A stretch of DNA of 63,625 bases, filler included. It is 8 parts of 8 records of this genome, joined end to end, with 100 filler letters (N's around TTAATTAATTAA, not from the genome) between each part and the next. Parts side by side here need not be neighbours in the genome. Positions count along the whole stretch, not along the records: positions 18,843 to 23,998 come from SRR31147125_7584; positions 24,099 to 32,747 come from SRR31147125_7585; 6 more parts are not named here. The stretch is one strand, 5' to 3'. Below are positions 21,355 to 30,309 of this stretch, piece by piece. A program made the position numbers and the translations under genes. The notes beneath the pieces are model-generated. The model saw only the letters and a list, made by a program, of their open reading frames with translations. It did no database searches and was not told the DNA's origin. Position 1 is the first letter of the stretch. Every line of letters starts with the position of its first letter.

Positions 21355-22398
21355 ATGGAATATATGAAAAGGGAAATTGTTGAAAAAACGGATGAGTTAA
21401 AAAGATATTTATCTTTTATTGAAGAAGTAAAAAATATGTGTAATGATACTGATGAAACATCACATACATCATTAAAAACTATTATTAAAAAATTTAGAAA
21501 TAAAAAGGTTTATGACTATAGCATTATTATTATTATGTTATATGGACTATTAGAAAGCTTTCTAGAAAATTCAATCAAGAATTACCTTTTAAAGTTGAAT
21601 AAACTTGTTCCAACTTTCCAAGGTTTACCAACTAAAATAATTGAATCTCATACTTCTGTTTCGGTTAAATTAATTCCTAATTTAAAACTATCATCAAAAT
21701 ACAGTGAGATTAATGAAAAAGAAATTATTAAAAATTTAGATAGTTGTTTTGATGATAAAAAAGGGTATCGGTTAAATGTAGAGGCATATACACATCATAC
21801 AGCGAATTTTAGACCACAAATCATATCTGAATTTTTTTCAAATATTGGAATTACTAATATTCTAGAAAAAGTAAAAGTTAGTCAAAATTTTAAAGAATTT
21901 TATTATCATAAAAAGCAAGTTGAACCAAATACACTTTCTAACGATATTGTCTTTGAAATTCTTTCTGATTTAGCAGAAAGAAGAAATGAAGTCGCTCATG
22001 GAAATTTAACAGAAGATATTTTGGGAATAAGCTATTTAGAAGAGTATATTGAATTTATCAAGGTATTTTTGATTTCTATAAACGAAATCTTAATTAATGA
22101 GCTTCTTCCTATTGAATTTGATAATTCCAACAAAACCAAACTAAAATTAGTAAGAAATGTAATAAATAATAAAATTATTTGCGTAGAATTAAATTATTTA
22201 AAAATAAAAATTGGAGACATTATTTTTATTAAAAATGATAACGAAAATTGTCTAAGAAAAGGAACTATAATAAAACTTCAGCACGATAACAAAGAAATAA
22301 TTGAAACAAATGTAGAAGAAGTTATCCATGTAGGAATTGAACTAAATACGAAATTAAAAGATAATTATAACTATTACCTAAAAATAAACAACACCTAA
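21355..22398 (+). CDS. HEPN RNase (MAE_28990/RiboL-PSP-like) with a C-terminal beta-barrel extension
   Basis: Helix IIMLYGLLESFLE and RxxxxH motif RNEVAH (21982-21999); closely coupled to DUF262. Confidence 0.8.
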   Translation: MEYMKREIVEKTDELKRYLSFIEEVKNMCNDTDETSHTSLKTIIKKFRNKKVYDYSIIIIMLYGLLESFLENSIKNYLLKLNKLVPTFQGLPTKIIESHTSVSVKLIPNLKLSSKYSEINEKEIIKNLDSCFDDKKGYRLNVEAYTHHTANFRPQIISEFFSNIGITNILEKVKVSQNFKEFYYHKKQVEPNTLSNDIVFEILSDLAERRNEVAHGNLTEDILGISYLEEYIEFIKVFLISINEILINELLPIEFDNSNKTKLKLVRNVINNKIICVELNYLKIKIGDIIFIKNDNENCLRKGTIIKLQHDNKEIIETNVEEVIHVGIELNTKLKDNYNYYLKINNT

Positions 22399-22635
22399 GA
22401 TGTCGCCAAACTATGTGCTAAAACCACACAACAGTTATACCATAACAACTTTAGTCGTCATAATCTATTGGCGCAAGAAAAAATAAGAAAACTTTATGAA
22501 TAAAATAAACCTGAAAGATTAATACTTAAAGGTAAACACACTATTTTATTCTATTCAAAATCCAAAAAAGGATGTAATTTATTAAGCATTGTTACATAAT
22601 GATTTTCGAATATATATTATGAGAGGAATAATTTT

Positions 22636-22953
22636 ATGAAAGAATATAATGTAATAACTTTATGTGGTAGCACAAAGTTCAAAGATGAGTTTATTGAAGC
22701 TCAGAAACAATTGACCTTACAAGGAAATATCGTCATTTCTGTTGGTTTTTTCAAACATTCTGGAGATAAGGAAGTACTAGATGATGGCGTGAAAGAAATG
22801 CTTGATGATATGCATAAGCGAAAGATTGATATTGCCAATGAGATATTCGTAATAAATAAGAATGGCTATATCGGAAGTAGTACAAGGTCTGAAATCGAAT
22901 ATGCAAAAGCACATGGGAAGAAAGTACTATATCTCGAAGATTCCAAGATTTAG
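22636..22953 (+). CDS. Nucleoside 2-deoxyribosyltransferase-like small protein
   Basis: ITLCGS...HKRKIDIA.EIFVIN..GYIGSSTRSEIEYA..GK pattern, including the conserved Glu. Confidence 0.6.
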   Translation: MKEYNVITLCGSTKFKDEFIEAQKQLTLQGNIVISVGFFKHSGDKEVLDDGVKEMLDDMHKRKIDIANEIFVINKNGYIGSSTRSEIEYAKAHGKKVLYLEDSKI

Positions 22954-22958
22954 AGGGC

Positions 22959-22987
22959 TTGATGAAAATTCTGGTTAATATTATAAT
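22959..22987 (+). promoter_or_regulatory. Sigma70-type promoter
   Basis: TTGATG-N17-TATAAT upstream of an AAGGAG RBS. Confidence 0.55.
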
Positions 22988-23014
22988 ACTTAGTTATATA
23001 AGGAGAAATTAAAA

Positions 23015-23509
23015 ATGAAATATTTAAAATTTTTGATTCTATTTTTTATATTCGCCTTACTTGTTGGATATAAAAATTTTGATTTCAAAATGAAAAAATT
23101 AACTAAAATAGAAGGACTGAAAGCTATTGAATATACAAAAATAATTGAAAGTATCACTGATATAAAAAGTAATATTGAAAATTCTGGTAATATTATAGAA
23201 TACACTGAAAACTTTTCTTTAAGTGATACTGGTTATGCTTTTTTGTTAGATTCAAATTTTAACTTTAAACATTTTCCTTCAGAAAATCTAATTGGAACAA
23301 ATATACAGAACCTTAACAATCCTATTTTTAATCAATTAGTTAGCGAATTAAAATCGGGAAAAGAAAGCGTTAATGCTCGATACTTTAATAATAACCTTGA
23401 TAAAGGATTAATTTTTATTAAGTTAAGTAATAATGATATCTTTGGAATTTCGTTTGTTTTAGATCAAATAGTTGATAGAAATGAAAAACTAGTAAGAATA
23501 TTTAATTGA
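23015..23509 (+). CDS. Exported/membrane-anchored Cache-like domain protein
   Basis: N-terminal hydrophobic segment; TGYAFLLDSNFNFKHFP..LIGTN resembles a Cache/PDC domain. Confidence 0.5.
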   Translation: MKYLKFLILFFIFALLVGYKNFDFKMKKLTKIEGLKAIEYTKIIESITDIKSNIENSGNIIEYTENFSLSDTGYAFLLDSNFNFKHFPSENLIGTNIQNLNNPIFNQLVSELKSGKESVNARYFNNNLDKGLIFIKLSNNDIFGISFVLDQIVDRNEKLVRIFN

Positions 23510-23574
23510 TTAAATACATCTAACATTCAAACCTACCTCGGTAATGAGAATCATTCAGAAAGTTAAAAAAATAA

Positions 23575-23613
23575 AAATAAGGTTTCTCGCAAACTCTGCA
23601 AGAAACCTTATTT
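23575..23613. terminator. Bidirectional terminator
   Basis: AAATAAGGTTTCT...AGAAACCTTATTT between convergent genes. Confidence 0.7.
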
Positions 23614-23615
23614 AA

Positions 23616-23786
23616 TTAATAAACCTCGTCATGCGTACCAACATTGATTGGTATTATAGTGTCATTTTCTATAATGAAATCTATTGTAATTCTATAAGAC
23701 ATATTAATTGATACCGAATAAACTTCTGACAGCTTCCCCTTTAATTTATGTAATCTCAAAGAAGGGTGATGGGGATTTAATTCCAT
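23616..23786 (-). pseudogene. RelE/YafQ-superfamily toxin lacking its N-terminus
   Basis: MELNPHHPSLRLHKLKGKLSEVYSVSINMSYRITIDFIIENDTIIPINVGTHDEVY* matches the C-terminal part of this toxin family. Confidence 0.7.
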
Positions 23787-23791
23787 TAATT

Positions 23792-23998
23792 TTAGCTATT
23801 TTGTATTCTTTCCATATGTTCTTCTATAGATTCTGGAATAAAATTACCATTTTTCAAGTCATTTCTTGCTTTTAATATAGCTACTTCAAGCTCACACTCT
23901 CGTAAATAATTATATTTCTCCAAAGAAAGAACAATATACTTGTTTTTTCCCCTGGCTGAAATCATTAGTTCTTCATCATTTTGAATTACATCATTAAA
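23792..23998 (-). CDS. Phd/YefM-type antitoxin, 5' partial
   Basis: ..NDEELMISARGKNKYIVLSLEKYNYLRECELEVAILKARNDLKNG..ESIEEHMERI, directly upstream of the toxin remnant. Confidence 0.75.
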   Translation of the reverse strand, partial: FNDVIQNDEELMISARGKNKYIVLSLEKYNYLRECELEVAILKARNDLKNGNFIPESIEEHMERIQNS

Positions 23999-24098
23999 NN
24001 NNNNNNNNNNNNNNNNNNNNNNNNNNNNNNNNNNNNNNNNNNTTAATTAATTAANNNNNNNNNNNNNNNNNNNNNNNNNNNNNNNNNNNNNNNNNNNN
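23999..24098. other. Artificial contig linker
   Basis: N44-TTAATTAATTAA-N44. Confidence 0.98.
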
Positions 24099-24859
24099 TT
24101 TTTCGGCCCGGTTGCCTGATCGGTTGCCTGATCGGATGCCTGATCGGATTTTTCTTCCCCCTCACCCTTCCGGTCCACAGCCAGGGCAGATTCAAACCGC
24201 TCAAGGTCTTTTGGGGAAAACCGCCTGGGGGGTTCAGGTGCCAGTCCCATTTTCTCCACAATGGTGCCGAATCCGGGACGTGAAATCTCCACCAGGCCGG
24301 CCGGGTTGGATATATAGATTCCTTTTCCCCCCTGGAACAAAACAGACAGCTTTTTCCCCTCCACCATACCGGCGTACATGGATCCCCTGATACCGATGGT
24401 GCCCGAAGGCGCTTCTGTGGTGAAATTCTGGGGGGCGATGCGGGTGATGGCCCCGCCCATAACCCTGAAACTTCCCTCTTTCACCTTGATTTTCATTTCC
24501 GAAGACGGGTCATCCGGACGCCATAAATACCGGGAGATATCCATTTGGGTATTCTTGCCAAGGGTAAGGAGGGTATGGTCCCGGAACTTTAACTGGACCC
24601 GCCCAAAGGCCCCGGTCTTCACCGTATCTTTTGCAAATATGGGGGATTTCATCCCCAGGGGCCGAATCTGCCCGTCCAGGACCGCTGAGACATCCCCCCG
24701 GACCGCCACCACCGTGCCGGCAGGGATCTCTGAAAAAGCCCGGCCCGGCAGGAGGGCCAATACCAGGGCAACCAGGCAGACCAGGCTTAAAGCCGGACCG
24801 TGATGACGGGTCTGCCGGGACAGCCCCCTTCCTGAACCTTGCCATGGGGTTATACGCAT
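24099..24859 (-). CDS. Exported FecR-domain protein, 3' partial
   Basis: Signal peptide, then AGTVVAVRGDV, DTVKTG, F.DHT..TLG.NT, APSGTIGIRGS. A 12-bp tandem repeat at about 24108-24148 encodes (S/T)DQA. Confidence 0.8.
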
Positions 24860-26218
24860 ATTCCCTCCCTGTAATCCCCTGCTTGAGGGTACCCATAGAA
24901 AAGGTATTCCACTCCCGTCTGAACCATATTCCGGGTAAAGTCATAAAGCCCGATATTGGATAACGCCCGGGTACGCAGAACCTCGATTTTCAAATTCAAC
25001 CGCCGGGCCCTGTCCGGGGACTGCCACAATTGTTTACTCAGCCCGGCTTCAATATAGTGGATCCTGTCTTCCCTTTTCCGGCCAAAGACAGGATTCTCGC
25101 CCCTGTAATCAGATATCTGGTATTCATAACTCACCGTCCCTGTCAATCCTGGAACCAGCTGTCCCCTGATCCGGGCCCTGGCACCGACACGGTGATAGGC
25201 GTACTGGTCATCCCGGGCATCCTGGGCAGCCCCTGTCAAATCCAGGCCCAGCCATGAACGGCCCAGCAGCCAGTTGCCACTCATACCCAGTTCCCCATGC
25301 CATCCGTCCCGGTCGGCAGTCTGGAAATCCTGAATTCCCCGGAACAATACCCCGAAAGATGAAGCCGGGATGACAGAAAAAACAGCCCCTGTACCCGTGG
25401 CCCAAGCCCGGTCTGATAGGTGCTGCCGTCCAGTGTAAAATGGGTTCCGGTAAGGCGGAGCCCCAGGGTGTGCGGTCCCAGCATCCGGTCGGGGCCTGTC
25501 ATGACCCTTGTATAAAAGGTATTCAGGGCAGCGGTTTCCACGTAGAGGTTATGGACCAGGACGGCGCTGGTCTGCCAGGCCCAGGGTGAATAGGGGAAAA
25601 GATACCGGTGGAAAAGTTCGGCACCGGTATTGAGCACCCAGTCTTTATCCCGGTCTGAGGCCTCCCCGGTCAGTTCAATATCCCCCACCTCGCTTTGAAT
25701 AATCCGGCTGGAAGGGGCGGACCAGATATTATCGTTGTAAATCCCGCCCAGGGTGAGGGTGCCTGAAAAAAATGTTTTTTTTCAGACCGGTCGATCAGGG
25801 CCAGAAAATCTTCAATATTCTTTTTCACCGGTTCCGGCGGGTCTGCCGCCAGGACATCCCGGCATTGCTGCCTTGCCAGGTCATTCAGTCCGAGCCGGAA
25901 ATAGGCCCTGGCGATTTCGAGTTTCACCCGAAGATTGGCAGGATCCGAGATCAGCATCCGCTCGAAAACCATCACCGCCATTTCATAATTCCCGGATTCA
26001 AAGGCGGAACGGCCCAGATAAAAATTGACCAGCATATTGTCCGGATCCTGGTCAAAGGCCTCAAGAAACCGGGTATAGGCCTGGTCAAAGTCTCCCTGGT
26101 CAAACAGGGCGATCCCGGCTTCCATAGGTTCCTCATAAGCCGCCCCGGCCCAGGCTGACAGGCTCGCCGCCATCCATACGGCCACCATTGCCCATCTGAT
26201 AAAACCTGGTTTTTTCAT
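24850..26218 (-). CDS. TPR + outer-membrane beta-barrel protein (DUF560/Slam-like), frameshifted (~25765, ~25350-25390)
   Basis: Signal peptide and TPR helices (FYLGRSAFE..RVKLEIARAYF), followed by amphipathic beta strands ending SNIGLYDFTRN..GVEYLF. Confidence 0.7.
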
Positions 26219-26324
26219 GCCAGTCCCCTGGGCAAAAAAAGCCGGGACATAAAAAGGGCCTTTTTCGCCTAAATATTCGAAACCACAATAAGGATCGGAA
26301 ATCTGCGTTTGACTGCGTTTCAAA

Positions 26325-26353
26325 ACTATCACAGAATATGGAGCCAGTGTCAA
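26325..26353 (-). promoter_or_regulatory. Sigma70-type promoter for the TPR/FecR pair
   Basis: TTGACA-N17-GATAGT with TG extension; a GGGGCAG/CTGCCCC hairpin (26363-26385) closes the upstream operon. Confidence 0.45.
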
Positions 26354-26387
26354 GGGAGGATCGGGGCAGTGATCCCCCCTGCCCCAT

Positions 26388-27242
26388 TCATTTAAATCGG
26401 CCGGTCTGCCCGAGATACCCTTTGTTTTGAAGATACCGGATAGACCTGGCAGCCGTTTCAACGGCATCATGACTGTTCCGGCTCAGTTCAATATTGACCT
26501 GCCCCCGGTATTGAATCGCTTTAAAGGCATTGAAAATCGGTCCGAAGGCCATTTCCCCCTCCCCGAATTCCAGGTGAATGTGCCGGTGCTTTTGCATATC
26601 TTCCAGATGAACATTGACGATATCTTCTTTATTTGACCGGATGGATTCCGGCACATCTTTTTCCGTGATAAAGGCATGGCCGGCATCAAAGGTCAGTTTA
26701 AAGGATTCACTGCCCACCTGTTTTTTTAATTGTTTAAACTGGGATATGGTTTCCACAAACATGCCCGGCTCCGGTTCAAATGCAAGAAATACGCCCTGGG
26801 CTTGGGCCGACCGGCACAGGGTTCTGCACCCCTGGACAAGGTATTCCCATGCCCTGTCATCACTGATCTCACCGGGCTTTACCCCGGACCAGATGGATAC
26901 GGCATCCGATCCCAGTTCAGCGGCAATCCCAATGCATTTTTCTATAAATTCCATCCGGAATTGCCTGCCCCGGGGATCCGGTGAAATCAGGGTGGGATCA
27001 TGCTTTTTCCAGGGGTTGAGCAGAAATCTGGCCCCGGTTTCAATGACAGAGGAAAGATGATGTTTTTCCAGTTTTTTTTTAACCCGGGGGATATGGTCCT
27101 CTACATGTCTGTCCCAGGGGTTGAGGGCCCCATGGTCAATGGTGATGGCAATGGATTGGTATCCCAGGGAAGAGAGGATCTCAATGGCCGACCCAAGGGA
27201 ATGATGGGCAAACCCATTGGTGTTATACCCCAGCTTAAACAT
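26388..27242 (-). CDS. Sugar-phosphate isomerase/epimerase (xylose-isomerase-like TIM barrel)
   Basis: GYNTNGF, IETGARFLL, EPEPG, DAGH, HLED and IELS metal-ligand motifs. Confidence 0.85.
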   Translation of the reverse strand: MFKLGYNTNGFAHHSLGSAIEILSSLGYQSIAITIDHGALNPWDRHVEDHIPRVKKKLEKHHLSSVIETGARFLLNPWKKHDPTLISPDPRGRQFRMEFIEKCIGIAAELGSDAVSIWSGVKPGEISDDRAWEYLVQGCRTLCRSAQAQGVFLAFEPEPGMFVETISQFKQLKKQVGSESFKLTFDAGHAFITEKDVPESIRSNKEDIVNVHLEDMQKHRHIHLEFGEGEMAFGPIFNAFKAIQYRGQVNIELSRNSHDAVETAARSIRYLQNKGYLGQTGRFK

Positions 27243-28578
27243 CCCGGGCTCCCATCAATTCCATGAGAATGGGAAAGGCCTCTTTCATATGAATTTTAGA
27301 GGGAATATCACCGATCCTGTTTCCCGAAAGGATAAAAACCGCCATCCCATTTTTATCCGCCGCCGGAGCGCCGTGGGAGCCTTTAATCAATTCCGGTGTC
27401 AGGGGAATCTTCATGGTCTTTTTATCAAAAAACAATTCCAGGGGATCATACCCCGGCTTGCGATGGATATCGATATTGCCTGCAAAATCAGGTGCCTTTT
27501 CAGGGTCGCCCCACCAATAATAGGAAAACCATTTATCCCTGTCCGATATGGCCACAAGGTCCCCTGAGCGTTCATGAAAAATCTGCCATTCCTTTTGGGC
27601 GGCCGGGGTCAATACCTTGTTCACACCCTCAATGCCTTCAATAAAGCCTTTAACCGCTTCCAAATCAATACCCGTATTAAGATAGACATGGGCCACCTGG
27701 TGATCCGCCATGGCAAATGCAGGGCTCAGTTCCAGGTCCGGATACTCACGCCCCTCAATGGTACGGACCTTGAGGAAACCTGCCTCCCGAAGCCGGGTGT
27801 TCAGGGAGACGGCCCCTGAAACCTTTGTGATGGAATATTCGGAAAAGGCGCAAATCACGGCATCATCCCTGATACCCATATCTTCTATGGTTTCAAGGAA
27901 TTGCCCCATCAACTTATCCAGCACGGCAAGGTCCTCATCAATCAAGGGATCGTCAGGTCCCAGCCGCTGGCAGGAATAATCCAGATGGGGAATATAGGTC
28001 ATCATAAAATGGGGCCGATCCGTTTTGACAACTTCAATGGCCGCCTCCATGATCCACTCGGAGGCCTTTGCCGAGGCAAATGGCCCCCAATAGTCCATGA
28101 GGTTAAAGGGCCGGCCGATCGTCCGGCAAAGGGACTCATATTTACCCACAGGCTTGGAATAGCACCATTGAATCAGGCCCTCATCGGTGTGCATGGGTTT
28201 GGGGGTGATGATGATATCGGCCCTGCCGTGGAGGGTATTCTGGCAAAAAAGGACGGCGCTTTTAAAATCCGGGCGGATCTCCTTTAATGTTTCCCAGATG
28301 GGAGGTCTTTGCACGAGACTTCTGTACTGGTCCCAGAAACTGATTTCAAACCGGTCCCGGTAATAGAATCCATTGGCGACAATGCCGTGCTCCCCCGGCG
28401 GGGCACCGGTGGTAAAGGAGGCCTGGCCGGGCAGGGTCAGGCAGGGGAACCAGGGGACCATGTCCGCCCGTTTTCCCTTTTCCATTAAGGTTGAAAAATT
28501 CGGCATCCGTACAAGCCGGTCCAGAAGCTCAGGGGAAAGCCCCACCAGGTTAAAGCAAAACAGATAGGGATGTATCAT
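27235..28578 (-). CDS. Nucleotide pyrophosphatase/phosphodiesterase (alkaline phosphatase superfamily, EboF-like)
   Basis: PCLTLPGQA..TG..HGIVANG (catalytic Thr), YIPHLDY, SEY, DIHRKPGYDP.ELF, KGSHG. Confidence 0.85.
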   Translation of the reverse strand: MIHPYLFCFNLVGLSPELLDRLVRMPNFSTLMEKGKRADMVPWFPCLTLPGQASFTTGAPPGEHGIVANGFYYRDRFEISFWDQYRSLVQRPPIWETLKEIRPDFKSAVLFCQNTLHGRADIIITPKPMHTDEGLIQWCYSKPVGKYESLCRTIGRPFNLMDYWGPFASAKASEWIMEAAIEVVKTDRPHFMMTYIPHLDYSCQRLGPDDPLIDEDLAVLDKLMGQFLETIEDMGIRDDAVICAFSEYSITKVSGAVSLNTRLREAGFLKVRTIEGREYPDLELSPAFAMADHQVAHVYLNTGIDLEAVKGFIEGIEGVNKVLTPAAQKEWQIFHERSGDLVAISDRDKWFSYYWWGDPEKAPDFAGNIDIHRKPGYDPLELFFDKKTMKIPLTPELIKGSHGAPAADKNGMAVFILSGNRIGDIPSKIHMKEAFPILMELMGARDV

Positions 28579-28593
28579 ATGACTTCCTTTTTT

Positions 28594-29468
28594 TCAGGTG
28601 ACCTTAAAGAGGCGGACGGAAAAGACCGCCGGAATATACAGCAGCAGGATCAGGGCCGACAGGCAGAGGGGGGCCCGTCCGGACGCAATGATAAAATCCA
28701 GGAAAATAAGGGAAATTAAAAGACGCTTCATCACCCTTTGATAATCCTGGGGTCCATGGGTTTCAAGCAGCCCCAGCACCCGGGATGAGAGAAAAACGGC
28801 AAAACAGATCAGGACCGGCACCATGCCGAATACCGGCAAAACGCCTTTCAGGTATAAAAAAAAGCCCAGGCGCAGGAAAGGCCCAGGGCCAGGGCGCAGA
28901 CTCCGGTATGGACCGGGGCTTTTCCGCCTTGAGCCTCTTTGCGCCCCAGCACAGTGACCCCGTAGATATAGATCATGGGGATCAAGGGGATCAGCAGCCA
29001 TCCGTCAAAGGGCTGAACAGACAATGCCATGAGGAAATTAAAATACCGGCATGCGGACATAAACAGGGGGCCCGAAATCCCCTGGGATTTGAACACCCCG
29101 TCATAGAGCAGAATGGCGGATACCAGAGCCAGACTGACACAAAAAGGCAGAACACCCGCCATCCGGGCAAAGGCGGCACCGGCTGCCAGCAGCATAATAC
29201 CCAGCAGACAGGCGGCCTGCCTTGTGACCCGGCCAGAAGGGATAGGGCGGTCCGGCCTATGGATCCTGTCGCTGGGGGCGTCAAAAAAATCATTTAATGC
29301 CATGCCTGCCGAATAAAAACAGGAAGATGCCAGGAGCAGCCAGACCAGGGCGCTTATTTTTCCAGTCCCAGCCCCTGTAATCAGAAATCCGGCCAGGATA
29401 TCGGCCTGGGCGGTGAACATACCGGGCAGCCTGATCAGTTCAAGAAAGGTGGCAATTTTTTTATCCAT
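28594..29468 (-). CDS. UbiA family prenyltransferase (EboC-like), frameshift at the homopolymer run ~28860
   Basis: LELIRLP, GMALNDFFD...D...RPDRPIPSG, YD..FK and multiple TM helices. Confidence 0.85.
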
Positions 29469-30290
29469 GGCCCCAGACCTTTTTTAAATAGGTTCTTGCC
29501 TCCATCGCAGCCTGTTCAGGCCGGTCCAGGTAGGGGTATAGCTCAATGGTCACATAATCCCTGTATCCGGTTTGATCTATGGCCCTGAGCACGGCCCTGA
29601 TGTCGATGCCCCCTTCCCCCGGCAGAATATGCAGATGCTCCCTGGTTTCAGGGATATCTTCCAGGTGGTAATGCCGGGTAAAGGGTTTAAGCTTATCAAT
29701 GGCTGCTACAGGATCTTCACCCACGCAGTAAAAATGGCCCACATCAAAATTAAGCCCAAGGTTGGGATGATTGAACTGGTTGATAAAATCGAGAAATTCG
29801 TCCGATGTCTGTATCAGCAGATCCGGCTCCGGCTCGATGAGCAGGAAGATCCCTTTTTCCCGGGCCAGGGGCAGGACCTGGGAAAGGCCCTGGATAAAGA
29901 CGCCGATCGCCTCGTTCCTTGACATGCCGTCCACAGGCCCCCCGGGCTCGGTGGAAACGGTCCTGGCCCCCAGAGCTGCAGCCAGGTCTATACATTTTAA
30001 TGTATACTCGACCCTGAGTTGTCGGAATGATTTGTCCGGCTCAATCCAGGAAGGGTGGTGAAAATCCTGGATCTCACACATCATAAAGGCATTGAGATTG
30101 GATATCCCAAGCCGGTGGCGGACGATCATTGCCTTAAGATCAATGATATCCCTATCTGTCAAATGGCCGGGCCAGGCATGGGGGGTGTCGCACATGATTT
30201 CCACCCCGTCATACCCGGCACCGGATACGGCCTCCAGGGCATTTTCAAGGGAAATTTCCTGAATGCATTGGTGCTGAATGCAAATTTCAT
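29461..30290 (-). CDS. Second sugar-phosphate isomerase/epimerase TIM barrel, frameshift ~30255
   Basis: True start MKFAFSTNAF at 30290, joining ..GYDGVEIMCD.PH; motifs EPEP, DVGH, HLED, IELY. Confidence 0.85.
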
Positions 30291-30309
30291 ATTGTCCTTT
30301 CCGGCCGGG

